A stretch of 24,000 nucleotides of DNA from Cetobacterium sp. SF1. GTDB taxonomy: Bacteria; Fusobacteriota; Fusobacteriia; Fusobacteriales; Fusobacteriaceae. The position numbers were made by a program, and so were the translations under genes. Positions within the stretch are counted from its first letter, which is position 1. Every line of letters starts with the position of its first letter. A model generated the notes under the pieces. The model was not told the DNA's origin, made no database searches, and saw only the letters and a program-made list of their open reading frames with translations. Below are positions 21,396 through 24,000 of the stretch, piece after piece. The stretch spans positions 101,953 to 125,952 of the forward strand of contig NZ_CP188322.1 of the NCBI RefSeq assembly GCF_050033475.1, in the 5' to 3' direction.

Positions 21396-22067
21396 ATGGA
21401 AAAAAATAAAAAGATATTGATAATTGAAGATGATACAAAAATACAAAGGTATCTTTTTTTAGAATTAACTCATGAAAACTATATAGTTGATGTGGTTGAT
21501 AATGGAATAGAAGGATTAAATAAATTAAATGAAAATGAATATTCCTTAATATTATTAGATTTAATGTTACCAAATATTTCAGGAGAAGAAGTTTGTAAAA
21601 AGATTAGAGAGCAATCAAATATACCGATTATAATTTTGACAGCTAAGGATGAACTTTTTAGTAAAATTTCTTTATTGGATTTAGGAGCAGATGATTATAT
21701 AACAAAACCTTTTAATATTCAAGAATTGTTTGCACGAATGAGAGTAATTTTTAGAAATAAAAAAGATGTAATTAATAAAAATTTTTTAGGATTCAAAAAT
21801 ATAAAAATAAATTTAGATACAAAAGAAGTTTTTTTTAATGAAGAACTTATAAAATTAACAAAAACAGAATATAATTTATTACATTATCTGTTATTAAATA
21901 GTAATATAGTTCTTTCTAGAGAAAAAATATTAGAAAATGTATGGGGTTATGATTTTATAGGGGATAGTAAGATTGTTGATATGTATATTAAAGCTTTAAG
22001 AAAAAAATTAAATTGTAATAATGATATTATAAAAACAGTGAGAGGTTTTGGATATACATTACAATAG
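21396..22067 (+). CDS. OmpR/PhoB-family response regulator (receiver plus winged-helix DNA-binding domain)
   Basis: IIEDD, LLDLMLP (phospho-acceptor Asp), LTAK and KPF are present. The C-terminus LTKTEYNLL..L......V.SRE.....VWG...........VD.YI..LRKK........I.TVRG.GY is the OmpR-type output. It starts 15 nt after the preceding gene. Confidence 0.92.
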   Translation: MEKNKKILIIEDDTKIQRYLFLELTHENYIVDVVDNGIEGLNKLNENEYSLILLDLMLPNISGEEVCKKIREQSNIPIIILTAKDELFSKISLLDLGADDYITKPFNIQELFARMRVIFRNKKDVINKNFLGFKNIKINLDTKEVFFNEELIKLTKTEYNLLHYLLLNSNIVLSREKILENVWGYDFIGDSKIVDMYIKALRKKLNCNNDIIKTVRGFGYTLQ

Positions 22068-22103
22068 TTTTTTTACCCAGTTAAATAAGTTTGAAATAAA
22101 ATC

Positions 22104-22120
22104 TTGTATAAATTTTACAA
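22104..22120. promoter_or_regulatory. Near-palindrome overlapping the ygjK -35; candidate second EbgR-type operator
   Basis: TTGTATAA-A-TTTTACAA has one arm mismatch and is 14/17 identical to the 9550-9566 palindrome. It overlaps the -35 TTTACA (22114-22119). Confidence 0.35.
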
Positions 22121-22142
22121 AATAAAAATAAATAAATATAAT
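22114..22142 (+). promoter_or_regulatory. Candidate sigma-70 promoter for the GH63 gene
   Basis: TTTACA (22114-22119), 17-nt spacer, TATAAT (22137-22142). Confidence 0.5.
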
Positions 22143-22154
22143 TTTAAAATGTAG

Positions 22155-24000
<1,846 letters not shown>

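Overview
The window is a strongly AT-rich, gene-dense segment. An OmpA-type outer-membrane protein, lipoproteins and strong GGAGG-type ribosome-binding sites point to a Fusobacteriota-like diderm, which is an inference only. I support 24 protein-coding genes, two of them truncated by the window edges. I found no rRNA, tRNA, CRISPR array, integrase, transposase or other mobile-element signature. Left to right, the content is: a partial unknown CDS; an OmpA-family protein; a ccdA / ArsC-Spx-fold / acidic-protein operon; an EamA transporter; a small acidic orphan; an ebg-type locus with divergent ebgR; a ParA-family ATPase with a non-ParB partner, apparently co-transcribed with ebgR; yjdM/phnA; yaaA; a second APC permease; a 30-codon ORF plus hairpin in front of pabABC; an AGCS symporter; a potassium-channel-like protein with a non-canonical TVGTG filter; an NlpC/P60 lipoprotein; a secreted FMN-binding-domain protein; an orphan OmpR-type response regulator; and a YgjK-type GH63 lipoprotein running off the right edge. 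Every convergent gene junction has a clear hairpin terminator, and several near-consensus sigma-70 promoters are readable. This looks mostly like ordinary chromosomal housekeeping and accessory metabolism, and I see no compelling defence or mobile system. The four most interesting leads are as follows. (1) The E. coli ebgR-ebgAC-ygjI...ygjK neighbourhood recurs here, with an amino-acid-type permease. (2) A 17-bp palindrome is shared by the ebg control region and the ygjK promoter, suggesting one regulon. (3) An orphan ParA with a non-ParB partner has no visible centromere. (4) A leader ORF plus terminator sits immediately upstream of pabABC. All family calls come from motifs read by eye and from recalled reference sequences, and none has been checked against a database.
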